This document shows, piece after piece, positions 39,601 through 54,600 of a stretch of DNA of 64,000 nucleotides. The DNA lies in assembly GCF_964194155.1 (NCBI RefSeq), contig NC_135894.1, forward strand, positions 76,632,001 through 76,696,000, given 5' to 3'. The position numbers and the translations under genes were made by a program. Each line of letters starts with the position of its first letter. Within the stretch, counting starts at the first letter, position 1. The notes beneath the pieces are model-generated. The model was not told the origin of the DNA, did no database searches, and worked only from the letters and a program-made list of their open reading frames with translations. Source of the DNA: Cetorhinus maximus (taxonomy: Eukaryota).

Positions 39601-42600
39601 CTGACTGTCCAGCATCCCCGCCAAGCCGCTTGTTTCTGAGTCTTGCTATAGTGTGCTCATTGGATCTTTGTGTGATCTTCATCTAAATGTCTGAGTGACA
39701 GGAAATAGAGTAATGGTAAACAGTTGTTTTTTATTTGGACTGGAGGAAGGTATATAGTGGGATTCCCTAGAGGTCAGTATCAGGACCCCTGCTTTTCCTG
39801 ATACTGTATATATTAATGATCTAGACTTAAGTGTACAGACACAATTCCAAAACTTGGAAGCATTGTGAACTGTGAGGAGGATAATGTAGAACTCCAAAAG
39901 GACATAGACAGGTTGGTGGAATGCACGGACAAGTGGCAGATGAAATTTAACACAGAGAAGTGTGAAGTGATTCATTTTGGTAGGAAGAATGAGGAGAGGC
40001 AATAGAAAATAAAGGATACAATTCTAAAGGGGGTGAAGGAGCCAAGAGACCTGGAGGTATATGTGCACAAATCATCGAAAGTGGCAGCGCAGGTGGACAA
40101 TGTGGTTAATAAAGCATACAGGATCCTGGACTTTATAAGCAGGGGGATAGAATGCAAAAGAAAGGAAGTTATGATAAACCTGTATTATACATTGGTTCAG
40201 CCTCAACTGGAGTATCGTATCCAATTCTGGGCATCACACTTTAGAAAGGTGAGAAGGCATTAGAGAGGGTGCAAAAAAGATTCATAAGAATGGTTCCAGG
40301 GATGAGTAACTTAGGTTACATGGATAGTTTGGAGAAGCTGGAACTGTTCTCCATGGAGAAGAGCAAATGAAAAGGAAATCAAAACCATGAGGGGTCTAGA
40401 CAAAGTAGGTAGAGAGAATTTGTCCCTGTTGACAGAAGGATTGAGAAGCAGAGGACACCGACTTAAGATGATTGGCAAAAGGGAGGAGAATCTTTCTTAC
40501 GCAGTGAGTGTATAGGATCTGGATTGCATTGCCAGAGAATGTGGTGGAAACAGATTCATTCATGGTTTTCAAAAGGGAATTGGATCATTATCTGAAGAGG
40601 AAACATTTGCAGGGCTATGGGGAAAGGGTGGGGTGTGGGTCTAGGTGTGTTGCTTTTGCAGAGAGCCGGCGCACACGTTGGGCCAAATGGCTTCTTCTGT
40701 GTTGTAACCATTCTATGATTCTATGAAATGGCCACGCTTCAGGTGAGGTTAAAATGCCTTGGTTTGCAAGATGATTGACCAACAGGGAAACCACAGCTGA
40801 ACTAAATCCTAACTTGCCTGAGCACATCTCTCACGTTCTCAGCAACAGCAGTTGAAATGCAGGAACCAGAAGAAAGTTTTTATAGGCTTTAACAAAATGT
40901 GAGGGAAAAACAAACTTTTATGTGGTGTACAGAGAAAGAGAGAGAGAGACAGACAAACAGACTTGTTGAAATGATGGAGGGCTGTTGGGGCTATACTTCA
41001 ATAGTAGTTCATTGGCTTTGAAGTGCTTTGACATAATAAAGGTGTAAAAGTAGCTTTGTAATGGCATTACCCGAATCCCCGACTATCAATGTCCTGGGGG
41101 TTACCATTGACCAGAGACTGAACTGGACTATAGTCAGAGGAAGTCAGAAGCTGGGAATTCTGCAGCAAGTAACTCACTTCCTAACTCCCCAGAGCCTGTC
41201 TACCATCTACAGGGCACAAGTCAGGAGTGTGATGGAATACTCTCTACTTGTCTGGATGAGTGCAGCTCCTACAACACTCAAGAAGCTCAAGAGCAAAGCA
41301 GCCTGCTTGATTTGCACCCCGTCCAAGACCTTAAAAATTCATTCCCTCCACCACCAACGTACAACATGTACCATCTGGTTAAAATCTATTTTTCTGCTGC
41401 CTTCACCATAATTCTCCATTTAATGGCCAGCAATAGCCTTTTAAAGGCTGCTGTGTCACTGGATTTTGCACCCTCAGCCAACAGCTACAACCATGGGCAT
41501 GATTTTCATGTTGGAAGCTTATGCAAATCTGGGGGCAGGTATCTTGCATTACAAATTGTGGTCAGAGCAGCTCTCTGAGTGGTGACAATAGTGCAATTGT
41601 CCCATAGTTCAGTTCAACCACAATTTTGCCTTGCTTGCAAAATCAGTGTTTACATGGGAACTTTTTTGCCATCCTTTTACAGGTAATTCTAAATTCTCTG
41701 CATAAGTACAAGCCTCAGGTTCATATAGTGCGAGTAGGGGGTCCTTGCAGAATGATTTCAAATCACTCTTTTCCTGAGACCCAGTTCATTGCAGTGACTG
41801 CATACCAGAATGAAGAGGTCAGTGCAATCATCATTACAATATTGGTTTATATTGAGCTTTTCGTAATTATTTTGGTGCACTTCATATTTTAATTATGATT
41901 TATGATGGATGTTTTCAAGTGTTTCCTTCTTTACATTGGGTGTTATTGTAGGCACTTCTATTTATTCAGGAATGATCATTTAAGGTTTAAGAAGAGTGAA
42001 CGATTGCACTTTTCATTCCTTGGAGCAGTGAATCATGGTAATAAAAAGTACGTGCATGAAGTGTCAGTTTGAGGCTCTTGATATGAGGCAGGCCAGTGAT
42101 AACATTGAGCCTTCCCATCGTTCTCTGGCATCTTGTTTCTTAAGGAATACTCCATCATTGCAACAGTGTCTGCTCCAGCTAGTATTTGTATTGCTTTCCT
42201 TCCTGCTGAATCTAATTGCTTTTCCAGCTGATCAACAGGAAAATCAATTGTTTCCCTTATTCCTATGGTCCAGCCAGCATAATATTCAGATTCATTTGTC
42301 TTTGCCTCAGATTTCTGACTTGGGACAGAGGTATGAATGTTGGCATTCAGAAGATAAATGGGAGCGCTTGGTTTGGAATAGCATGGTTGCAGAGCATGAG
42401 GAAAGACAAGTGAGCATCAGTTTCTTAAGAACAAGAGCTAAGCATCCTCTGAATTCAAAAATCTTGGTATCGCTGCAACAGTGACACATATGGCCAATTC
42501 TATCCTTTTACAGGATGTTCCTTTTGCAGATGTTTTGTGGACTTACAACAAGAGGGCTCTTTTGAGTACCCTGTGGATTTTCTGGTGTTTCATTTTGGGA

Positions 42601-45600
42601 AGCAGGAGGGTAGGGTGTTTTGTGCATGATACACCTTTTTATCTTTTGCACTGATGCTTAAGTTTGGGATTGGACTCTGATGCAAATGAATATTTCTGGT
42701 CTTGTTATAAATCAGGAATTACTACGTGTGGCACAGAGCCAGATCCAAGAGTGAAGCTGTAGCCAAGATCAGCAATAATCAAGTTAAGGGAGTTGAGTGA
42801 ACCTATTCTATCTCCCAATTCCATCAACAATTCAGTAAATCAAAGGGGGATTTGGGGAATTGGCTGGTAGGAGCGGGATAGCCTAAGTAAATCCTATGAA
42901 TTGGGAGGGAGGAGTCTGTACAAATGAAAACTTGTATAGCTTTGGCTGTGTAACCTGTCTCTCAGGTAGGTGCCTTATGCATTCTATTGAGCCTTGATTT
43001 TTAATTAATTAGCTAACTACATAATAGTTTGAGTTTTGGGGTTTTTTTTAAAGGTTACAGCTCTGAAGATCAAGAACAATCCCTTCGCAAAAGCATTCCT
43101 AGATGCCAAAGAAAGGTTGGTCAATAGTTTTCAATAGAACACAGTGATACTTTTTATTGATAAGTTGCTTCATAATATCTGTGTCTTTCTGGTGGTGTAT
43201 TTAAAAGACTTTTGAAATTGGTTGTGTTGTGTTTTGCACTGAGTAAGCATGTTCAGCTGCAGGAAGCCACTATTGAACTAAGTTTCTTTATAACTCCCCG
43301 CCACCCCACCCCCCTCACCCCATATCCCACCAAACAGGGAGGGCTGCAGAGAGGGCAGTATACTACCCTGCTATTGCAGTATACTACTGGTTGCATTTTG
43401 TGTTTACTGGTATCAAGCCAGTAGATTATAGGACATTTCAGTCCCTATAAGCCTCACAACTGTGGATACTATGGGCCTGAGTTAAAGAAAAATTAAACTG
43501 TACAAATCCAGTTGGGAGTAAATGAGGAGACATTCTTTGGCATCAAAAGAAGTACCAAGGCAAATGTATATTTTTTTTATATTCGTTTATGGGATGTGAC
43601 TGTCACTAGAAGGCCAGCATTTGTTGCCGATATCTAATTACCCTTGAGAAGGTGGTGGTGAGCTACCTTCTTGAACTGTAAGCAACTTTGCATACATGTC
43701 CATTCCTTTTTATAAGGCATGGTCCCAATGTAAATATCTGTTAGCTGCACATTTGGAGAGGTAACCTGCCAACACAATATTGATCCCTTTTCTCAGCACT
43801 CCTTTGTTCCACAGAAGCTAAATTCTACATTGCCAGTTGGGACCAATATTTCCATATACAGAGTTCTTGAAAGGTTAACCACAAAAGGGGTGCCTCAGAA
43901 CTTGCTATGTAAACCTATGGAAAATGATTAGTGCTCAGGGCTACTGTTTCATGCACTCTGCCACTTTAAAACATCATAAAGGTATTCTTTTGTACAGGTA
44001 TGTGCTGTCTATAACCATTGATTATAGAACCAGAACTGGAGATGGACCAGGAATATTAAAGCAGCCCTTCAATTTGAAGAATTATCACTTGCCTATTTGA
44101 CTGTAAATCTTTTTAAGTAATGGCAGGGGGCAGGGGGTGGGGGGTGTCATTTTTAGCCATCATGCTGCTATCCAGTGTGTATCTTTCATTTGCTAATACC
44201 TTTGATCTTCAGAGTCTATTTATATATCCTGACAGTAGTTCATTCATTTGATAATCAGTTGTTTTTGCATAAAAGTCATATGGACTTGCTTGCTTCTAAG
44301 CTGTTGTCTGTGACATGTATTGCAAAATGTTTTCCTTTCTTTTCCTGCAGGTTCTTTCCAAGATGAGAGCCTAAAGAATTGATAGCTCCCTCAAGCACTT
44401 GATAGCGTGTTGAGTCAAGCATTGTATCTATCTGCATTCTTCTTTCAAAAGGCTGTTTATTATATGAGCAGCACACAGATTATAGGGTCTGGACCTCCCA
44501 ACAACAAGCCTCTATCTCGCTTGTGAGGAGGAAGCAATCTTCTAACTAAACTGACCCGCAGGTGGTAGGAATTGAAATTGGGAGAAATAGGAAGGCAACC
44601 CTTGGAAATATTTTCATCATGGCCTTCTACTGCGCTTTCATCTTTTACTGCTGGTGCACACCAAACCTTCCTGTAAATAGCCTCCTTTTTCTGCTTCCTG
44701 TTCTTCCACTACCTATTTCTAATGTGTTGTTCTCATCCCCAAATGCAACACACCTGAAAGTAAGAGGAAAATGCTGAGGAAAGTCGGATAGGCTCACTTG
44801 TCTTGGGCTCTTAACTCATTCCCCTTCCCTTGACAAAAACTAACCCAGAGCAAAGCATCAGTGGGAGCTTTCGAAAGTGAGCAAGAGGATATCACATCAT
44901 TTGATGTACTGAGTATGACTGGGCAGTAGGAGTGGAGAAGGGTTAACTATGAGTCTGATATCCCTGAACATAGTCAGGAGGCAGTCCTCAGTGAACAGAC
45001 GGTAGACCTCACTCTCGCATAAGAACAAAAATAGCCCATTCAGTCCCTCGAGCCTGTTCCGCCACTCAGTGCAATCATGGTTAATGTGTAGCCTAACTCC
45101 ATCCATCTAACTTGGCGGTATATTCCTTAATACCCTTGGCTATGTAAGATATTTCTATCTCAGAATTTAAATTATCAATTGAGTTAACATTGACTTTTTT
45201 TTGAGTGTTTCACAGTTCCACAATCTCTTACATAAATAAGTGTTTTCAAACTTCTCTCCTGAGTGGCCTGGTTGAAATTTTAAGGCTCACCCACCGGTGG
45301 AAAAAGTCTCTCTCTATCTACCTACACATTCCTTTCAGAATCCTAAAAATTTCAATCAACCTTCCACATTCCAGAGAGTACAAACCTACTTTATGCAATC
45401 TTTCCTTGTAATTTAATCCTTGGAGACCTAGTAAGATCCTGCCAAGCCAAAGAATTCCATGGCCCACTCACACTGATACCAAACATTCTTGAGGAAGCTG
45501 ATGGGTATCTTACTTAATCAAACAAAGTGTCAGTTTTTGAAGCTGACTAAAATAAGCCTTTCAGCCAGACAGTGGTTTGGGTGATTTGTTGGTCAATTGC

Positions 45601-48600
45601 AGCATATAGCACAACTCATAATTGCCATTCTTTTTGAGGAAAAGCAGGCTCCTAATTCACTTCTCTTCTTTAAGGTGCAAGAACAGCAGGATTTGTATAT
45701 CCTGACAGCTTTGTACCACCATCTGGTATGAAAATCCTTTCCAGGCAACCATACCTGTCTGCTTCTCCTCTTCAACCCTTCATCTTCTTTATAGCAGTAG
45801 GTACAGGTGTATCCCCATAGGGACTGCCATTACATTTAGGCTGGAATTGGTAAGTTTTGCACAATTTACCAGGCTGGTAGAAGTGCACATCAACCCAACA
45901 ATTAAAAAGTTAAATGGCTCAGTAACTTTTGCCAAGCAATTACTAAATGTATTAACACTGCAAATGAATGCACTTAACTGGTGCTTTCTATTGGGGGAAT
46001 TTTATGGAGATGATGAAGGTCTTAGCTGCCAGCTGGAGAGCTGGTGAGAGAACAGTGTTATATATCATGAGTCAATCAGGCAATTAAGAGGCTAAGGGCA
46101 GGCCTTCCATGGGATCAGAACTTCAGAGGCAGCAAGTCCCACCCACCAAAAGCTGCCAGCCAATCAGAGGCTGGCAGCTTTTTTGCTCAGCAGCACCACT
46201 GGAGTGGGGGGCTGTGGCTGCGGCAAGAAATACACCCATTGGAGGCCCAGGATTGTGGAGCGATCCAGGCCAGAAGTAATTGATAGTGGGAGGGATTTTG
46301 TGGGATGGGGGTTGTGGGAGAGGCTGTAGGGGGATTGGCAGCGAGCACAAGAGGGTGGCCGTCAGCGGGCCCCGAATGCCTTTGAAAGAGGGACAGCCCC
46401 CCCCAACCATCCCCCCACCCCCCAGGAGATCACAAACAACCCCATGGGTTTGCTTGCGGCGCTCTCCACAAGTTGACAGGCCTGCCTGCAGCTGGTTTAA
46501 TACCAGCAGTGGTGGGATGAAGAGGGCCTCAATTAGTGCTAGGACGGGAAAGCTGTTCTCGGGCCTTCTAGCCATGACTTAAATGGGTTGGAGGCGGGAA
46601 GGTGGTGGGATCCCCACCCATGACCATCCCACCTAATTTACTGCCCTCCCCGCCTCCAACTTTGCCAAGGTGAAGGGCATAAAATACTACCCTATCAGTG
46701 AGGTACACTGGTTTTGTAAAGGTATCTTCAATAATAAGGCAGTCATTCCCATCCTTATAATGAACTTGCATAAAAAGATTGGGCACAAGGATGGCATGTT
46801 TTTTTGCTCTTCCAAAGACTAACCACTCTATTCTATGTATGTGGTTTCAGAAGATTGCAGTACATCACCGTTGGGAGACGATCTCCCAAACTTATGCCCT
46901 TGTCCTGCTTCAAGGGATTGTCTTTCAATCTTAAGGTCCAAGTTTGCTGGAAGGAGAATTTAGTGGTCTGGTGCCAGCATTTTTCTTTGTAGTGTCGCTG
47001 TATTACAGAGTGAAACAGAGGTACACTGTGTACAACAACAGTGTGGTACACAACATATATTGGCATCTTACTTCTGTTGGAAAGAATTATTTCCAAATAC
47101 TGTTATAGCACATCTTTTCTCTCATAATAGCAATTTATCAAGCTAAGGTGTAAGTGGTTCTGAACAAGCATTCTCTTCACAGAATACCACGTCACATGCT
47201 TTGCTTGTTGTAGCTGCCATCATTGATTCAAACATCTGAGGGCATTTTAGCCAGAGAAGTTAATGAGGGAGCAATGGGTGAAACACATAGCCTAAATAAG
47301 AAGATGGGAGTAGATGAACAGGAAGAAGCTGCAAGTGGCATTTTCCCCAGACATTTCTTGTTTGCATAGGCTAACAATTGATGCCTCAATTAGTGCTAGG
47401 ATGGGAAGGCTTGTCCTTTAGAAGCATGTTATTGGATGAGTAAAAGGCCTCCCAGATAAAACTTGAAAATGAACAGAACACTCTGCTGTGGTATAACTTC
47501 TGACATCTCTGCAAAAATGCTTCCGAAGCAACTTGGGACATGTAGCATTCCATGGCCATCTGCAGAGGAGGTTCCAGGATTGAGAGCTTAATTCTGGACA
47601 CAGTTTCTAATCAATGCTGTGAATGGGGCCATCAAAACTTTGGGCTTCAGCTTATAGCAGTGTCTCAGTGATTAGACACGTACTTGATTGTACACATCAA
47701 ACACCTGCATCTGATTCTGAGCTACAAATTCATTTCCAATCTGCACGACTCTGAAAGCAGCTTGCTTCCCCACCCACCACAGTAGTGATTATGCACGGCA
47801 CAAGTTAGGGCTAATGGATGCATTCCATAAAATGCCAAAAGGAAGAAGTATTGTATTTTTCATTAGTTTGCATTCAGAATTCATTAGCAGAGAATTACCA
47901 TTTTTCACTATATCCATTACATTCTTTTGAGAAAGAAAGGAGTGATGGAAGGATGGGTAAACATGGTGGCCTGGATTTTCATGTTGGTTTAGGAAAACCC
48001 GACGTGTGCACTTTTGTGCCTTCTAACATACATACCCGACCCATGTGTGACTTTGCCCAGGAGTTCTGTCTTTTCACACAGGTCAGGTTCACAATTAATT
48101 TTTCGAGATATGTTGGAGTGCATGAGGAGTGTGGGTGTGGAGGTGGGCCAGTTAGTAGGTCTGTCTTGATTCTCTAGCGCAGCAGCCCAGCTCCCAACAT
48201 TGTTTAAAGGTGCCCAACTTCACCATCACTCTCCTTACCCCATGCCTCCACAGGTCACCCATGACACACTGTGCCCTTTCAGATCACCCATGCCTCCTCA
48301 CCCACCCATCCCCATGCACCTTCAGATCCCCAAACCTCCCATATTTCCCCCATAGTGCATACTGGGTAAGTGGCTATGTAGAGTTCTCTCAGGTACCATG
48401 CAATAGCAATGGGAATTATTTTAAAATCATTGGGAAAAAAATCTTTAACAATCCAATAAAACCCTGAATTCAAACACACCATCAGTGATACTGGAAAAAA
48501 ATGACTCCAGTGCAAAATTAAAACATAATCCTTTAAGTGCCTATTATGGTTGTAAACAAACAAAAAACCACATCAAAGGCTTTTTCTGTTATTATAGCCT

Positions 48601-51600
48601 CTTAAAAGTTGCAATAATTCTTTGATCAGTGGACCACCAGCTGAGCTGAAGTCATTGCTAGCTTTTGAAACCCAGCCAAGCATTAATAATGGCTGTCATA
48701 CCAAAAGCTTCCAGCTACATTACCTAAAACTAACAGAATAGAGTGTCCAATTTCCATTTCAAAGCAGAGTGCCTGTCAATCAATGGTGAGGTGTAGGTGC
48801 AGAGATCTTTTCAACTTTCAAAAGCAGAGGTTTTTTTAAATGCCAAAGCTGTCAGCCAATTTATATCAAAGCACGAAACATGACAGGACTTTTATATTAT
48901 GATACTTTTGATAATTGGAAAAATACAGTAATGCATGACAATAATTACACAATGCTGGCCAATGTAAGGGTCAACTTAACCTTTCAGGACAGATCCCTAT
49001 GATGAATCACTGCATTAAAACACATCTAAATTACAAAACAGAATCAAATAGTGATATTTGAAGATGTTGAATCATTTTACACTTAACTTTCAGAATGTTC
49101 CAGACTTCTCAGCAGGCTTCCCTCAATGATTACGAGCTCCCCAATGAAATGCTTTTTTAGGGTTTGCGAAACCTCCACCAGCATTCAAAAATACTGTGCC
49201 AGAGGAAACATAATTTTGTTGTGATCCTCACAATGGGGAGAGGTGCGTGTGTATTTTACACCCAAGGCCTTCTCAATCAGTCAAAAGGCCACATAAAAAT
49301 GATGTGGGTTCAGGAAGGCATAGGATAACTGTTTCTCCAGCAAAAAAAAACTAAGTTCAGTGTTTCACAACCTGATTTGCACCTCCTTTGGGAGATGAAA
49401 ATCCGGCCCGATATGCAAGGTTGAATGGTGTTTAAGGATCCGGTTCCCTAATTTTGTAGTTACCTTCCCAGCTACAGGAAGAGCTGTTGCTATTGTTGAA
49501 GCTGTCTGCAGGCCAGCCTGCATCTGATAGCAAAGTGAAGATGGCTGTGACTGGGATGGCCAGGTAGATTAGCCTTGGTCTGTAAATGTGCATTCTGGGT
49601 AAGGAAGAGTGCATAGATAACATATGATAACTGCCTGCCCCTACACCTCAATTAATTAATCTCCCTCCTTGTTATGGATTGAGGGGGGGGGGGGGGGGTG
49701 GCGATAATTTAAAAAGCACTATTTTTTCCTCTTACTACCTATCCATAAACAGAAAGGTGTTTTGACTTGTCTCCCTCCTTGTAAGATGTGGCGTATTTCC
49801 CCCACCCCTCAGTTTTTGTGCAATCCAGGTTTCTATTAATAACCCCACGGCAAACTTGAGATTGTATGAACTCAAAGGGTTAGTTTATTTGCACACGCTC
49901 AAACGTGGGAAGGAGGGTTCACAACATCGCCTCCATAGAGAAAAGAAGGTTTTACAGTGCAGAGACCGCAGAGAAAACAAATATTGGTTCACATGAGTTC
50001 CAGTATCAAAGTCCAGTGGTGTATTCCTTCATGGAGATTGGTGGGCTGAAAACCAATCTTGTGGTGGTGTTCACCTCACAAGATGAGATAGGCACGCAAA
50101 GATGAATCAGTCTTATGGGCGATGACACAGAACCTCCAACAGAAGCAATGTGGATGGGGCTAGGTATTCAACTTGGGCAGAACTCCTTTCTGTGTGGCTG
50201 CTATTCAGATGTTAAAGAGTATACTGAGCTATAAAGTTCAACAAGGCAATATTACTTGTTCCATAAGCCAGAGGCCTAGGTCACATGACCCCCAACTCTC
50301 CACCAGTTCCACTGATTAGTGGGTCCTCGGAGGTAGAGAGGTGTGAGTTTTCCCGAAACTGCGAAGTGGTTTCTTTTGTTCTGGGGTCACAGACAGACAT
50401 AAGTTCAGCCACTTTAAGGGTTGGGCTCAGCTAAGGTCCAGTTTTTAAATTTAGAAATATCAACAGGTTTATATATTTTTTTAATATATAAAAAGGCACA
50501 GTGTGGGGTTGTAGTCCATCACACTCCTCTAAATCTTGAAATGTTGGAAGTCTCAAAGAAATTAGTATCTTTCAGGCTTTGCTTCAAATCAAATTGTAGC
50601 TAATAGCCTTGCAAAACAAAAAATCTGGTGTATATAATAGTATGAATTAAGAGTAATACAGAGTAAGTTTGTTTTAAAAAGGAACTTTATGACCAATACT
50701 GAAAACTCTTAACAGATTTAGGAAGGTGGGTCAGCCAGTCAAACTCATGTGCCTGTTTTATATTGGTAACCTGCACCATGGGAGATCAGCCGTAAGCTTT
50801 CTTTTGGAAGAGAAGGAGCTACACCACAGCATGAGTCCCTGTCTTTCCGGAAGGAGAAAGACAGAATTTATATACGAACAATTAAACAACAAAGTTGTTC
50901 CAAGATATATAATGTCGTATCTTTTTATTTAAACCCGTACAGGGCCAGTTGTAAGGATTGCTCAGAAGACTTTTCTGAAAATCAGCACATGAGTTACTCT
51001 CACAGTAAGTCTTTAAATTTGTATGCAGGCATTGTAGTATGTAATCAGGTTGGTTTAACAATGGTCATCAAATATAGTAACATATATAGTAACAAGGCTA
51101 GGTTGTGGTAGCCAGGAAGGCAATAAGTTCTCAGCTTCTCTATGATGAATTACAGGTTGGAACTAAGATGGCTGGCATGCTTGTTAGTTGAACAAGGAAT
51201 GGTGAGAATGTGAAGCCTGTACACCATTCATACATGGAGTATTGGTGGTGATTCCACTAAAAATTAAAACAATCACTACATTTGTCCTGGCGGTACTTGG
51301 GAATCCAACTTCTTTTTCTTTTAATTTAATTGCCAAAATCTTATCTGTAGCAAGAAACAAATGCAACATCTATGGTTCTTCATTCAATTATTCCCAATAC
51401 CGCATGCCAATGCACCTCAAGACCTAGATGCTGCATCTGGTTATTTCAATGATAAATTTTAATTAGGTCATAATATTCATAGATGAAGCTATGCTTTAGA
51501 GGTCGGTAGGCACTCTAATGCAGGCACTAAAGCCATGTTGGGCCATGAAATTCAGCACTTTTTTTTAACACATCCTATATGAAAGTATTTTTCCATCCTT

Positions 51601-54600
51601 TGTTAAATCCAAAACCGAGAGGACAGAGCCAAATTTGACATCATGGCCTGACTTCTGGCAATTTATTTGATAAGTCATTTAAGACCATATTTATCTTAAA
51701 ACTGGGGGCCAGTTAGCTCAGTTGACTGGACAGCTAGTGTGTGGTTTAGAATAATGGCAACATCATGGGGTTTGTTCCCTGTTCTGGCTGAGGTAGGCTT
51801 GGGACTTGCCTCCTTGTCCTGCCTTGCAGTAAAGTCATGGCATAAGCCCTGTTTGTTCATCCTCAGACAATCGAGGATGCTATCTGGTGAAGACGAGGAA
51901 TCTTAAAACTAATGCATCTATATTCTAAGACAAAAGCAGATAGAAAAATATTAACCTGGACCTTAAGAGCCATCAGGTTTGCAGACTCTGATTTACATCA
52001 TGGATATCTTTGGATAACCAATTCAGTTTTGACACTTCTGTTTAGATGCCTATTCTAAATATAGAATAAACATAATACATGCATTTGTATTAAACCATAT
52101 TAGTTTTAAAATTTTTAAGATTAGATGTAAACATTTGAAGGAAGAAAAATGTAATTGGTATTATGGGTTTGTGAAAAAAATTGTTGACCTAAAAATGTCA
52201 GCATATTTTAAGCATGAAAAAATCCAGAGAATGAGAATGTAATACTATACAAGGAAAATTGCTAACACACAGACTGTATCCAAAATTACACTGAGAACTT
52301 CTTTCTGGTTTATTATAAATGGTTACATGTAATTCATTTCTTTCTGTTATTCCGCTTATAATATTGAGCTTCCATGTAGACATAAGGTGATTATTATTGA
52401 GACAGAATTAACAACTTGCATTACAGTTGCGCATTGTTCAATACATTGCTTGCAGAATATTGTTTGTTCAATTTAGTTGTTTGTCACTCTTTTAGATTCA
52501 AAATATTCTTTTAAAAGTCCCCAAACCTTTTCAATGCAGTATTTTAGTTATATCCATATAAGTCCTCATTATACTACTGATATTAACAACTGTTTTGATG
52601 TTAGATGAATCTAAATGAGCAATTTTCCAATTATAGATTCTTATATTCTCACATTTTTGCCTAGTTTCCGAATTGCTTTACTTTCAAATGTGGAAATCGA
52701 CAAACTTCTTGGCGTAACATATATTACATTGCAAGCTAAATATTAAAGTTTAAGCAAAACACAAATGTCGATCACTTTGAAATTAATAAAGTTACTTTTG
52801 GAACAGATAATGGAAATTCTGTGAGAACAGAACAGTTGGCACAGCAAGATTCACAATGTAATTCTGAACTATTATATTTGAATTGTTACTGATTTCACCA
52901 GAATCATTTTGTCATTCTCCTCAGTAAGCAGTTGGTTGATACCCAATGCTGAGACCATTTGTGCGTCAACAAATCCGAATTATCAGTACCGTGCTACTTT
53001 ACCACTTCCAGGTGCGCACTCGTACCATAGCTGTGAACGCTACAGCTCGAGGCGCAGCCACCTCTCCAATCCATACCCTACATCCTACATGCACAGAAAT
53101 TACTCAACAGGTATGCTCAAACCTATTAATTAAACTGGCAGTTGATGGATTAAAGTGATTAATTAACAACTGTGATTCACAGTTTGAAAATGCATTTACA
53201 AAATTAATGAAACATGAAATCTGCAATGGATTTAAACCCATTAAAGCTTTAATTATCTCAACTAGCTTACTGATTTTTGAAATCTATGATGTTCTGGATA
53301 TTAGGAGGATAAGATGATTGAGCTTTGATTGGCTGAATATTCCTTTCTGGTCTTTAATTTTCTTGTTTGTTTTCAAATTTATTCCTGAAGAGTACATTAA
53401 TTTTCTCTTCTAGTATAGTATATTACTTTTGTTAAAACCAGTGGACGAAGGAATTTCACGTTTTAAAATGGTTGTTATTAATATCGCAGTGTGATGATTT
53501 CAACCCACAAGTTTTTAAAGTAAAACTTGTGTTACATTAAAAGTAATATATTTTCTCTCAGTAAGAATATTATTAACATATAGTGTTTCCACATATTTGT
53601 TGTTACAGGTTTAGCTTGGTCAGCAAAGCATTAGACACAGTTACAAGCAATTGTCTAAGGGGAAGGGGGTCGCAATTCAACAAAAAGATCCAAAAAAATC
53701 CACTGCTTATGTTTTTGTTTCTATGTGGATGGAAGTTTAAGTTAATGGTGGTTCAACTTTGTGCTGTCATATTTTAGTGATTTGTCCCTTGATGTACTGT
53801 GTGATTTCAGAGTTTTTTAAGACTAATGCTTGCTATTGTGAATAAGATAATTTCAGCTTAAATGTTTAACTGTGAGAAATCTTGGCAAATTATCAATTTA
53901 AAAAGTAGCAGCTATAAGAATATAACTTACTATAAGGACAAGGAAACACCAAATAACTCTTCACTTACTAATTTTTAATTAACCACATTTTGGTGTAATG
54001 CTCGGAGCAGTCCTCGCTGCTCTTTATATGAGATGCTCTAATCCTATTTTGATTACCAAGTTCATGTGGGTGCTAAACACAGGTACGCAAAACAGAAGTT
54101 CGCTGGAGTACAGCAACCAAGTTGTTTATGGCCAGTTTGTGTTGAGCTGGATGCAATCTTGACTGCACATAGTTTCACCAGACTTAGCATAAATCTGAGC
54201 AAGGTAACTTGCTTCAGGCACAGAATTGTCTTGCCATACTGATAGATCCTAATACAAGCAGTGTTGCTGACCAAAACAGCTGCTGTTGGGATGTTAACCT
54301 TTCCAAATTTGGTGGTGGCCACTTTTGGCAAGGAACGCATGCAACAGAGATGAACATTTTGGCAATTCCACCAGATGGCACCACCAGCTTTTCCAGATGA
54401 TCCCAGAAAAAGGAATGAATGCAAACATCTCCATCTCACTTCTCTTCAAATCAGGGAAGGTCGGGGTGGGGGAGGAACACAGATCACCGGTTCTGCTCAA
54501 ATTTTAACTCTTATTCACCCCCAATAATGATGGCATTGCATCCAACGTCCTGAAATAAATCTGGAACCATGGCTCCTTAAAAAATCTGAATGCAGGAAGG

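Noticed and set aside
43355-43390. Direct repeat GCAGTATACTAC x2
   Set aside because: Only two units, a local duplication; not an array.
51703-51790. Functional tRNA gene (also 29430-29495)
   Set aside because: Degenerate B box and no complete cloverleaf; these are SINE heads.
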